DNA of 64,000 bases, taken from Takakia lepidozioides. Its lineage: Eukaryota; Plantae; Bryophyta. The notes below the pieces were generated by a model. That model was not told the DNA's origin, searched no databases, and worked only from the letters and a program-made list of their open reading frames with translations. Both the position numbers and the translations under genes were made by a program. Of the stretch, positions 11,601-23,184 are shown piece after piece. Where the stretch lies: positions 95,046,001-95,110,000 of the forward strand of contig CM060731.1 of the NCBI GenBank assembly GCA_030704615.1, given 5' to 3'. The stretch's first letter is position 1. The number at the start of each line of letters is the position of its first letter.

Positions 11601-13569
11601 GACACCCGCCAAAACGAAGAAGCAGAAACAGCCTGTTCAGGAAGAGGGTGAGGAAGAGGACTCCGATGGAGACTTTGCAACCAGCCCACCCCCCCAAACG
11701 CAGGCTGCCTCCCCTGTGCCCACCGTTGTCACCAGAGGCACGAGAACTGGCTCGGCAAAGAAGGCACTCTTCAACCCCCCAGGGGGCACCCTTTCGAGCC
11801 GGTGGAAATGAAGAGGCCGAAAGTGGCTCCCGAAACAGTAGTCCAGTGTGTAAATGAGAGTTTCTTGGCGGCTTTGGATGGACGGGCAGCCAAGTTGGCA
11901 TACATGAAGACCATGGAGGGTCTGAAGGGCAGAGCACTGAAGAAGGCGACTGCCGAAGAGCCTTCCGACACCCCAGGATTTCAGAATATGGTCTCGTTCT
12001 TTGAGAGGGTGTGTGCAGACAAGGATTGTAGGAGGGGCGGAAATGCCACCGAGTGGTCTTGCGATATGATCATCTTGGATATTCCGGACGGAGAGCCTGT
12101 GGAAGGACTGCAAGCTTTGCCATCTTGGAACAGGTACTCGGAGGACTTTTGGAAGAAAGGATTCGGGCTTGCCCGCATGGTGTTGGACGACAGAGGCTGT
12201 GTGGTTGTCCTGGCGAGCAGAGGAAAAAACACTCAGACAGGAATTGCGAAGTGGACCCGCAAGAGCGCCGTCCCGATTCTGAAAAAGAAGTGGACGTGCA
12301 TCAACACACTGGGCCTTCGGTCGGAAGGGAAGAAGGTGATTACGACACTGGCACTCGTCCATTCATTTGCTTGGGTGCTTTCAAATGCGGTGCCGCATTC
12401 GGTTTCTAATCGTTTTCCCCCTGTGTATGCAGACGAAGCAGTTCGATGCATACTGCTTTGTGAAGGAAAACTCCACCTTTGCTTTCCGGAAGGAGGGAGG
12501 AAAGGTTGACCCGAACTGCGACCCACTCGATTACGACGTTCTGTTCAACAACGTTCCCAAGGAACTTCTCCCTCATAGCCTCACTTCAACGGAACCCCTG
12601 CGGTACTCACGGACTCGGAGCCCTGCCTTCATTCAGACAATTATGGAGACATGCACAGACGTGGAGGGCACAGTGCTGGACCTCATCTGTGGGACAGGTA
12701 TGCAGAATCTTGATCTCTGCTGTTCTGCAAATTCTCGTTAGGATGTAGTTCGCAACATCTGAAGCGCCATGTGGTAATGTGTGGATGGCATTGTAACAGG
12801 TGCCTCAATGTGGGCTGGGCGGTTTTCCGACCGGCACCTCTTTGCCTACGAGGAGGATTCATCCGTGTGGGGATCCCATCTGGAGGGGCTGCAACGGAAT
12901 GTGAAGGCTCCCGACAGAGCGGAAGTCTCCTCGGATTCGTCGGAGTCCGAGGAAGACACAGTGGACATTGATGCAGAGGAGAACCCGGAATACGAGTGAG
13001 TGCAAACATTGTAAGTTTGCAAAGCCTTCTGGGTCATTTATGTCAAAGGAATTTCCCGACTGTGGTTCTCATTAGTCTCGTTGATGATTGTCATGTGCAG
13101 GATTGCAGGGTCCGGGTCGAAACATGTAGGGCCTACACTTCCTGCCAGGAAGAATGTCCCGTTCTTTGCGAGGGCCGACTTCATGACGAGCCCGGTGAGG
13201 GACTACTCCCTTCCTAGTTATGCAGCTAAACTCGCAAATACAGCGATTAGAAGAAGTGAGAATCCCAGTAAAGTAGAGCAGATTTTGGAGAGGGCTAGGG
13301 AGGACAGAAGGATAAGGAAAGAGTTGGCAGCAGCTCAGACAGGTAGACGGGTACGAAAGTACATATGTGATTCAGCGGATGAGAGCGACGCAGACAGGGA
13401 GGAGGACGACCCAACGGAGGTGAGATGGACAGTTCCGCAAGGGGAAGATGGGATTTTTGAAAGCCTGGCCAACGAGCAGTCCGCTGGAGATGAGAGAGGC
13501 ACTGAGGGGGTGGAGGAGGAGCAGGACAGTCTAGAACAGGATGAGGATTCCGATGATTTTCAAGATTAA
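8627..13569 (+). CDS. Spliced ParB/Srx-like plus beta-class amino-DNA-methyltransferase fusion (~1360 aa), one frameshift; true 5' start uncertain
   Basis: Phase-compatible GT-AG exons: ~8654-9882, 9995-10184, 10285-10569, 10650-10769, 10853-11070, 11217-12335, 12433-12697, 12800-12995, 13101-13569. ParB: IPLCRM..VR..FFVWDGNHRLLAW. MTase: DMIILDIPDG..RMVLDDRGCVVV..RSPAFIQTIMETC..VLDLICGTGAS..DRHLFAYEED. One C appears missing from the run at 11775-11780. Confidence 0.85.
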
Positions 13570-13757
13570 TAGAATTTTAATGAAGTCTCTGTAAATGTAA
13601 ATTCTCTTCCAGAGTATATAAAGAAAATTCTGCCCGACATTCGTGACCCCTCTCCAGTGTGCATTCCAGCCACACAATCGCCCAAACCAGGACGCTCCCA
13701 AAATCAGAAATGGGTCAGGGCATTTCCAAAATTTTGGCAACTCTAAGAACCTCTTTT

Positions 13758-14475
13758 GGAAATGCGGCACCGCATTTCCAAAACAGGGGAGGGACTAATT
13801 TTTCCATTTCAATGTTGGCATAGTAAAAAGTAATCTGAATTGGGAATGCGGTGCCGCATTTCCAAAATTTCCTTTGTCCACACGCCAGTTTTGGCCTCTC
13901 CCGCTCATTGCATGGATGCCACCACGCTTACAGAGGTCGAACAAGGAGGTCGAACAAGGAGGCCGACATGGCGGGATTGGAAATGCGGTGCCGCATTTCC
14001 ATATTGGGGATGGTGGTTGTTCGAACTGCAGACCCATCAACAAAAACTGGCACCGCATTCCATTGTAAAAAAAAAGTCGATGACGGACATGGAAATGCGG
14101 CGCCGCATTTCCAGAACGGACATCGCAATTTGTCAATTTGCAGACCCTCTCTCGGAAATGCGGTAACGCATTCCATCGCGCTGGTCGGAAATAGGTGCAC
14201 TTTTCGAAGTGTTGGACGGAAATGCGGCACCGCATTCCCTTGTCCAAAAAGAAGTTTCCATTGCCAAGCTGGAAATGCGTCGCCGCATTTGCAATGCCAA
14301 CCTCGTTTTCTGATCAATTTATAGACCCGTGTTGGTATTTCGTGTACCTGGACGGAAATGATGCACCGCATTTTCTTGTCCCACATGGAAATGCGGTGCC
14401 GAATTTCGATGTCCGACATGGAAATGCGGCGCCACATTTCCATGCCGACATGGAAATGCGGTGCCGCATTTCAAT
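13758..14475. repeat. Second cluster of A-type palindromes, downstream of the MTase gene
   Basis: About 12 copies of GGAAATGCGGYRCCGCATTTCC; the last four are ~33 bp apart. Confidence 0.88.
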
Positions 14476-14989
14476 GTCCGACATGGCGTTACTCTGGTAT
14501 ATTCTTGACACATGACTCACATACCGGTTACTCTGCTTTATTCAACCAGACAGACAAATTGTAGAAATGAGACATCAAATTGTAAACAGTGGGCCAAATC
14601 CGAGAGTTATTCAACACAATGAAACACAGTCATACAGAAGTGAGGTACATTCCAGGGCACACTCCAGGGCACATTTAAATTTCCCCCGTACAGGATCCTG
14701 GACCGATGAAGATTGGCTGCTGCATGAATGTAGCCGTTTCAGTTTCCTACCCTGCCATGCAAACTATGGGCAGTCACTGCCAGGTGGGCCGATAGCCACT
14801 GGACACGACGAAGTCCATCCCCTCTTCGATGTAAATGCGGCGCCGAATTTCCATCCGGGGGGATGGACTTCGGTGGCAGATCTCAAACTATAACTTGTTG
14901 ATGAGAAAGATGTATGGCTTCATCCACCGCTGGCGTGATGAACACGTTCCACCTCCGTCGGTGGGTACGTGTGACCCAGATGCTCCATT

Positions 14990-15664
14990 TTGGAGGCCGG
15001 ACTGCTCTTCCGCTTCGTATCTTTTCCAAAATCTAAGGGCTTCGTAGCTGTCCGCAAGGTCATCGGCATCCAAGTCGTCCTCAGGTCCTCCATTGCAAGG
15101 ATGCCGTGCTTCCGGAACCGGGACGACTGCCCCTTTGGAGGCATCGATTATGCAATGTATTCGGCCACATCGGGAGACATTGTTATCTGGTACACAGATT
15201 ACACAGAAGATACTGGTTCGATTGTGGAAACATTGGTGGCTTTTGAGTATATCGTAGGCCACTACGCCTTCGAGCGGGGTGACGATCTTGGTTTGAGGAG
15301 TCCGTGGCTCCTGCGCATCCTCGATTCCGATTTTCCCAGCTACGACGGTCACCCATGCAGAAGAAGGCGCACTGCTATGCTGTTGCGGTGGAACTGCTGC
15401 CACTGGACGTGGGTGGACTCCATCGGAGAGACCTATTCTCCTCGAGGAGTGCGCTCCTCTTCTCCATTGTATGGGGACATTCGCATTGGTGTGGACGACG
15501 AAAACGTGAAGATTTCCATATTCGATGGTGGTATGATTGAAGGGCAGGACATTGTGGTGAACATCACTAGGGGCGGTACAACGGCTGCAATCGACTTTAC
15601 ATGGAGGAGCCCCAGGACTCATGAGCTAGTTCTGAGAGCAGTCGAAGTCCCATTGACAACGTGA
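14990..15664 (+). CDS. Possible third cargo ORF of element A, unknown function
   Basis: 224-codon non-repetitive ORF with AATAAA at ~15748. No recognised motif; absent from element B. Confidence 0.35.
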   Translation: MEAGLLFRFVSFPKSKGFVAVRKVIGIQVVLRSSIARMPCFRNRDDCPFGGIDYAMYSATSGDIVIWYTDYTEDTGSIVETLVAFEYIVGHYAFERGDDLGLRSPWLLRILDSDFPSYDGHPCRRRRTAMLLRWNCCHWTWVDSIGETYSPRGVRSSSPLYGDIRIGVDDENVKISIFDGGMIEGQDIVVNITRGGTTAAIDFTWRSPRTHELVLRAVEVPLTT

Positions 15665-16044
15665 CTTGTATTCAGTAGGCACAGGGCTCAAGATTTGAGG
15701 GCACAATCAGCACAGTAGACGTGCTTCAAATGCAATTCATGTGGATCAATAAAAACCTCATTGTGCCCTCTTTTTATTCTATTCTGTGTCCATTGTTCCG
15801 AGAATGCGTCATTGCTCATTTCGTTTGGGATTGGGAGTGTGGGTGAATTTTGCAAATGGCTGGTAGGCTGAAATGGGCCCCCATTGTACAGAGCAATACC
15901 ACCCTACCATTCGCGAAACATTGCCTTTCAATATATAATTCTAAATAACATTGCCGAACCTCCTTCATCGGGAGGTCCTTCTCCCCCTATGACCGTGGCA
16001 CCCTAAACCCTATTCCCGCGGACACTCATTTCCGGAAAATAGTG

Positions 16045-16127
16045 CTGCTCATGTTTTTTTCCACACTTACGACTCTGCTCATGGCTCATGCCGCTCATGG
16101 CTCATGGCTCATGAAATAGCAGCCCCC
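16045..16127 (-). repeat. Right TIR and subterminal GCTCATG repeats of element A
   Basis: Reverse complement of the left-end motifs. Confidence 0.88.
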
Positions 16128-17030
16128 CCGAAAATGGCCAAGTCCCTGAACGGCAATAGGGCCTAGAACTGGAAAATGACGCCGAATTTCCAGTTCAGGG
16201 CCAGCCAGTCTAGGGACTTAGCCATTTTCGGAGCCCTGACTGGAAATTCGGCGCCATTTTCCCTAACACCACATGAGGCTTCTAACATCCTGAAATGCAA
16301 GGACTTCAAAGAAAGACAGCGCGTATGTACCTGTACAGAATGCGCATTGCTGCTTTGTCCGCGTTCGGCTGGTCAGTGAACTCGTGGCTCCGGCGAGCAT
16401 CTGCTATCTCCCAAAAGAATAGGTTGGTTTTGTAGAGCAGAAAGTACCTCGTCACATAGTCACGTAGGCTCTCTGCTGCAGGAGATATCTCCATCTTGAA
16501 CTGATGTGCTTGTGTGTCCAGCTGCTCTTGCGCATTCGTCGTCACTTGTGGAGATTCTCCATCAGATCGCTTTCCTGAAAAAATACAATGAATCCACCCC
16601 CTACTAGAGTAGAAGCCCCAAACGAAGCGTGGGGAAGTACCTGAAACCATCATGTCATGCGGTTCATCCACATGTCGAATGTAGGGTCAGAGAGTTTGTC
16701 CGGTTTGGGGAAGCTCCACATGTCCCTGGTACTTTGGGAACCATTCCAGATTTGGAGCCACCGGGTCTGTCCAACCACCCAGCATATTGTAAGCGCCAAA
16801 CACCACAAAAACGAGTTGTTGCCACCACAATTTGGTTAAGAATGTATCACCTTTTTTGTTGCATCCACACAGGATGTGGCTAGACAATGGAGCTTCTCCA
16901 ATGTCATCATGGGCTTCAGAGCGCGAGAGTAGTGCTTCCCCACCTCCACCAGAAAGTCGGCACCAAGGGCGGGATCAGCTATGGCCACGTACTTTACCAT
17001 CCGCGACCTGTACTTTATGCGGGCCCTCAC
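16128..17030 (-). pseudogene. Right part of B': rest of intron 5, exons 5 and 4 and part of exon 3 of the MTase gene; truncated
   Basis: Near-identical reverse complement of ~31205-32000 (KYVAIADPALG..; TTNAQEQLDTQAHQF..). Homology stops near 17030. Confidence 0.88.
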
Positions 17031-17749
17031 CTCCACAGTAAAGGGACTGCCTTCTACGTCTTCTTACTATGTCTTCTCTCTCACTCCCGCAGCTCTCCAG
17101 CTTGACTAACAAACAATCGAGAAAGTAAGGAACCCTGTAAAGCCGTCAGTTATGCATGTGGTTAAGGACGTGCGTGTCTACCCTATAACCCCCCAAATGG
17201 ATCGATCTCACTGGCTGCGGCTTATTAGGCGCCCCTAATGCCATCAATAAGGCCGAGTTCTTCAAATGTGGATGTTTTCTGATTTGGATGAAATATTGCG
17301 CACATGAGGCATGCCATCGCCCTATCATACACAGATTTTGCCTTCTTCAAAACAAAAACATATATAACGTCAGGAACGCAATGTCCGCGTTCATCCGGCG
17401 TTGGATATTTCCCGGGTTCGGCACTCAATGCACTGTCCGAGTTCACGTTGTGGAATGCCGCAAAATGCAAATTGGATTGCAATATCCAAGACGGCGCCGT
17501 CTTTTCCCGGTGGTGTGACACTGACAAAATAAACAGTTTTGTTCCCTTCTCCATCAATTTGGCAATTGCCCAACTGTTTTGGCTGTGTGGTTCAATACCC
17601 TCACAAGTTATTGGTTAATGTGTGGGGCCAGTTGTACAACTGCCTCTTGCCTTAGCAAACACTTTTGGGATTTGGCAATCGCCTCCGGAAGGTTTTTACC
17701 TGGCCCTGTCGCACAATTGTATTGGTACTCACCATCGTATGTTCACCAC

Positions 17750-20700
17750 ATGGCTTCTCCTAATGACTTGGCCTTCGCCGAGTTTCAGTATACTGAAGAG
17801 CCTTGCCCTTTCAGTGCCTCGGTTGAAGATGATGGTTTTGCTGTGGTGGAGGAGCATGTTCTGGCAGCAAGGTTCAAGCTTGACATTGGTTGTGTTACTG
17901 TCGAGAAAGAGATCTATGACTTGGAGGGAAACGTTCAAAGAACGTTGTTCTAGAAACCGCACGTTGCAGAGAAACACAAGGAATGGAGAGTTCTTCCTAG
18001 AAAATATCGTGTGTTCCGAAGCGAAAGGAGACAATCTGGTGGCTCCATTGTCACTCCTGGGACAGCTGCCTCTGTCGTTCAAGGAAAGCGGCATGTGACT
18101 GTGAAGCAGGAGGACACCACTTCAAGAACTTTTGTGACACTGTCGGATTCCTCGGATGATGAATTGGCAGAAATACTGGCTCCCATGAACAGTCTTCCTG
18201 AAGGGGACGTCGATGTTGGCGGCATGACAAGAAAATCATGATTTTGCAAAATCCGCACAAATACTAACATGGCAAAAGGAAAAATCATGGCTACTGTCAT
18301 CCCACATCTGAAAGCATTGTCAAGAAAACCAGGATCCAAAAACGAGATCGCATGGATACTGTGGGATTCATTCGCAACAAAAAGGGTTCCTTTCCTTCCA
18401 CCTTCCTTCGACGGTGACATCCTCTTTGAGCTGAATCCAACAACTTGTGCTGGGGGCCTCTCAGGTCTCTTGCAAGGAATGGATAAAAAGCATGATGGCC
18501 ATCCATGGTGCAGAACCAAAACGTCCAATATCCACAACGATGTAAACTTGACATTCAGAAGGAGCGTTTGTGTGGGGCATCTGAGATGTGTGAATGCAAG
18601 TTGCCAGCGTTTCATGAAGAGCGGTGCTAAAAATGAAAGTGAGTGAGAAGGACTCTCCGACAATCCTTTTATCCCAGGCTGTGCCCCACCGTCTGCCAGT
18701 ACATTTGTTTGTAAGTTCTGTAAGGTGGCCCCCTCCTGCATTGCACATTGCCCTGCTCACATGTACTACGTTACTCACCGTTGCAAAACCATGACTCGAG
18801 CCTACATTCATTTTGGGACTCACGACCATCCTGTGTCTCACGGCGATTGCAGAGATAGTGTGGAGTTGGCGCATGGGCTTGTCGTGGAGGAGTTTGCAAA
18901 GTCCCCTTCAGCCCAACCATCTGCCACAGCGCTGGCTGCCAGCAAAAGTTTCCTGGAGAGGCACATTCTTGGGCAGGGAAGCGAATGCAGCTCAAGACTT
19001 GAGGGGGCTTCTTTGGATGCAGTGATGGATCACTTCTCCGTGTTGAGCTCCCCCAATATTAGGAATCAGGTGAATGCATTGAGAGTGCGCGGTGGAAACA
19101 CAGGGTCCATCCACAGCATTATGGAGCTCAAGCGCATAAGTCAATATGACTTTATCCAATCTAGCGTCTTCCCGGGGTAAGGGGTCTTCAAAGGTTTACT
19201 TGTTCAAGATGTCTACGGTGGGCGAGGGCAGTGGCGTCAGCCTGGCCAGACGTATGCAACAAGGGGGGGATCTGGAGAAAGCCTGGATGATGTTCGATCA
19301 TTGCAAACGAGTGAAGGGCTGGACAACCACGTCTTGCCATGTTCACGACCCGAACTACCAAAGAATAATGACAATTGCCATCTGTGACATGCAGTCTGAA
19401 GATACAGAGTCCCAGATGATAATGTGGAATTGTTTGCTTTCAGTCATGGAGTCCAATGGACATACATGCATAAATTCCAACGGGTTTATGGCAGATAGTG
19501 CACAGGCTAACTTCAACGCGGTGCACCGAGTTTTTGGATCTGGTGATCCAAAGGTACCCATGCCTAATAGGGAGCGCACATGTCTATTCCACTGGACTCA
19601 GTCCCTGTAGAAACATACGAAGAGGTGCATTAGAAGAGATCTGCAGGCGGAGCATATGAGGCTTTGCTTCATGTACAAGAATGCGACTACAATGGAAGAG
19701 GCTGAGACCATGTACCAGACAGTGAGAGCATGGTGGTTCTCGTCAGGGGCTACTGATCAAGACGGTGTCGAAGAATTGGAAGACTGGTTGGTCTTCTGGC
19801 ACTTCAGATACAGGCAATGGGGGGCTTTCATGACTACTGTAAGCTGCCTTTCACCTCTGCAATCCCTTGTATGTACCTAGTTTCTTTCCTTGTTCAGTCC
19901 GCGCTTGCATGAATGACGCTCTTTCATTTTCCTTTCACAGGACATGTCCCTTGAGGACATTGCGGACATGCCGTCTTGTAATCTGGCAGAAAACGTTCAC
20001 GCCGCCTGGAAGCAGCAATCTGGCAAAGCAGGAAGAGATCTTTACATTGCTACAACAAATGATCTGATACGAGCTCTAACCCAGCAAACAAGATATCGTG
20101 ATTTCCTCAGGGGGCGATGTGGGGGCAAGGGACCAGATATAGCAGAGTTGATGTTGAGGGCTGCAAGAAGGTCCGGGGATCCAACGAAGATGGCAAAGGC
20201 AGTGAACACGTGCACAATGGGCTCGCCTCTCCAATCAAGGGAGCCCCATCTGGAAGGAGAGGAAAGGTTCGGGACTTGCAAACGCAAGCTAAATACACCT
20301 CCAGGATCAGATGGGGATTCACATCGCCATGACAGAGACAACTTTTTTGTACCCAAGATTTCTCCACTACAAAGCATGGCGTCCAGTAGGAAAGAGGCTG
20401 CTGGTGCTTCCTCTTCCACAGAGCTACCTGCAACCCCTGTAATTGCGGGTTTCCAGCAGGACCACAGGGGGGCAGTGCAGAAGTCACCTTGTGCTGACTC
20501 CGAATGGCACATCGAGCGAACTACTCCAGGGTCTAGAGTTGGCTGCGCTGCAGTGAGGGCCATTAATTATGAAAAGTGTAAGTCCATGATAGCCAAAGGC
20601 TCGGCGGGTACTCCAGCTCCGACGTTCACAGGTTTGATTCGGCCATATATGTCAAAGGAGTCGAAGATGCACAAATTCTGGTTCTGCCCGGACGATATGG

Positions 20701-21314
20701 CTCGTTGTGTGAATGGTACCGTCCGCGACTCCTGCATTGCTAAGCCTCCCCCACCAACCATTTGGCCAGTGCGGGTGGGAACCTCCCTAACAGCACTGGA
20801 GATTGGCAAGTTGGAGGACGCCGGCTTTCGTCTGCACCGATCTTTGGCGTCGACTCTTGGTGGACTTGCTGCTATGGTGCCTCCTCTAGACGATACTTCG
20901 CATCCCATGAGAAGGAATGGCAAAACAGTGCATCGGGTGACTTCGGGGCCTGATCACGATGCGAAGGTGGAATCGGCCAGACTACTTCAGGCTCAGGTAA
21001 CAGGAACTATGGAAGTACCTTCACCTGGGTATGGACGAGTTTATACTTTGGTCACATCTGGGTCTGTTTTGCACGACAGGGCCTATCAGGTGACGGTGGG
21101 AAATTTTCCGGGGTGTACCTGTCTTGACTTTGTGTGCATGCGTGAGGAAGCTCTAGGAAAGAGAGGGAAATGGGTTCCCTGCAAGCATCTTTACTACATC
21201 TTTTTGCGCAGGATGTATTGTGATCCCAAAAGAGACCAAATCATTCACCAGGCGACACTAGGTCCTGGTGAGGTACGGACACTTTTGCAGCGAGACATTG
21301 GCAATATCGAGTAG
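17750..21314 (+). pseudogene. Subfamily C MULE transposase (GCM-DDE-SWIM) with several stops and frameshifts
   Basis: DKKHDGHPWCRTKT, MMFDH, FMADSAQA, CLFH, CNLAENVH and CTCLDF..PCKH. Intron 19839-19940 is at the same position as in A and B. Confidence 0.9.
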
Positions 21315-21649
21315 TGTTGCATATGTTGCGATTTTCGCAATGTCAGAAAGGGCTGCCTTGTTGGTAGAACATGTATACACAGCTCTTAAAACTGGACAAG
21401 CAGACGATGTCTCGTTTTGAAAGGTAGTTTATTTTTTCATCGGGTTTGGTTAACGAGCCTCTAAAATTGAGTGCGTCAACGCACACCACTTCTGCCCCCA
21501 CCCCCAATATTTCCCCGGGCAAAAATCCAAAAAAAAAAAAAAAAAAAAAAAAAAACTTTGTTTTGTTCGCGGGCCTGCCAAACATGGACAAGTGTCAGTA
21601 TAAAAGCTCATTTTATTTTTTGATGGCCTCTACAGAAGCATTGCGTAAA

Positions 21650-22456
21650 TGAGCTTCATGATGACCACCTGTTTTTTTTCCCACTTCATCTGGAATAACA
21701 GGCACCTGAACAAGTTTCACAATGACAGCTCATTTGTTTTCCACGTCCTCTATACAAACAAACCCTAAATAAGCATTCATGATGACCATATGATTTTTTT
21801 TTCACCTCTTCTTCACAAACAATCCCTAATTTATTCATGATGACCATCTGATTTTTTTTTTCACCTCTTTTTCATCAATAGAAACCTGAACAAGATTGAC
21901 AATGATAGAGCTCAATTTTTTTCACCTCTTCTTCACAAAGAAACCCTAAATAAGCAGTCATGATGACCATATGATTTTTTTTCACCTCTTCTTCACAAAC
22001 AATCCCTAATTTATTCATGATGACCATCTGATTTTTTTTTCACCTCTTTTTCATCAACAGAAACCTGAACAAGATTGACAATGATAGAGCTCAATTTTTT
22101 TCACCTCTTCTTCACAAAGAAACCCTAAATAAGCATTCATGATGACCATCTGGTTTTTTTTCACCTCTTCTTCAATAACAGAAACCTTAAGAAGTTTGAC
22201 AATGGTAGAGCTCAAGTTTTTTTTTCACCTCTTCTTCACAAACAATCCCTAATTTATTCCCTAAATAAGCATTCATGATGACCATCTGGTTTTTTTTTCA
22301 CCTCTTCTTCTATAACAGAAACCTGAAGAAGTTTGACAATGATAGATCTCAACTTTTTTTTCACCTCTTCTTCACAAACAAAGCCTAAATAAGCTTGAAG
22401 ATGGTCATCTGTCAAATTTTCACCTCATCTACATCAATAAAAACCATTGCCTGTTT
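21650..22456. repeat. AT-rich ~60-bp degenerate tandem repeat; insertion target of element B
   Basis: Recurrent TTTTTCACCTCTTCTTCA..AAACCCTAAATAAGCATTCATGATGACCAT. Similar units resume at ~35150-35320. Confidence 0.8.
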
Positions 22457-23184
22457 CACAATGAGGAGGTTAGCTATTTCATGAGCATGAGCGGCATGAG
22501 CGGCATGAGCGGAGTAGCAAGACAATCGGTTTTCATGAGCAGAAGTACAGATTTCGAAAATAAAAAACATTATAAAACATTAATTTAAATGCAATGTGTC
22601 AGAAAAAAACAAATATATTATTCGGCACTTTGAAGGGAAAATTGTAGTTTTGAGAGTTGTGCTCATGATATTTCGTCTTCCGCTCATGCCAATCCCCAGC
22701 GACATGTGCAAAAATGGCGCCGAATTTCGCGGTAATAGGGTCCGTAACCGGAAAAAACCGCGACGTATTTCGCGGTAATAGGTCTCTCTGGCAAAAAATG
22801 GTGCCGAATTCCGCGGCTATAGGTCCCCTCATGACAGGTGTGTAAGCCCAAAATTTGGAAATGTGGCGCCGAATTTCGGTACATGGTGCCGGGGATTGCA
22901 CAGATGTTGGGCAGTTCTGGGCCATGAAACTGGAAATTCGGCACCATTTTTCCAAACAACGTTCTCGTGCATGTTGGGACTTAGCCAGTTTTCGGCCCAA
23001 AATAGAGAAATTCGGCGCCATTTTTCCAGAAATGGCCCCACAACTGCTTCTGTTGGATCTCAGTTTGAATGGAATATTGCCTCATTCCAGGAGTTTTGGG
23101 GTGCATTTCATTACACTGCAAAAAAAAGTCTGATACAGCAAAATGCAATTGAAAATATCCATATGGAGGATTCCCTTTGCCCCA

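Larger units (their letters stand above)
1374..16127. mobile_element. Complete Mutator-like DNA transposon, element A (~14.75 kb)
   Basis: Left end GAGGTTTACTATTTCATGAGC, right end GCTCATGAAATAGCAGCCCCC. 9-bp TSD CCGAAAATG at 1365-1373 and 16128-16136. Encodes a MULE transposase. Confidence 0.95.

Noticed and set aside
11770-11800. Programmed frameshift separating ParB and MTase products
   Set aside because: The equivalent region of B is in one frame; a single-base loss in a C run is the simpler explanation.
8627-13569. Bacterial contamination, prophage or restriction-modification system
   Set aside because: The gene has at least eight phase-consistent GT-AG introns shared among copies, lies inside TIRs with a TSD, and has no nuclease partner.
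21755-22135. Telomeric repeats (AAACCCTAA)
   Set aside because: Only isolated single motifs occur inside a longer repeat; there is no tandem array.
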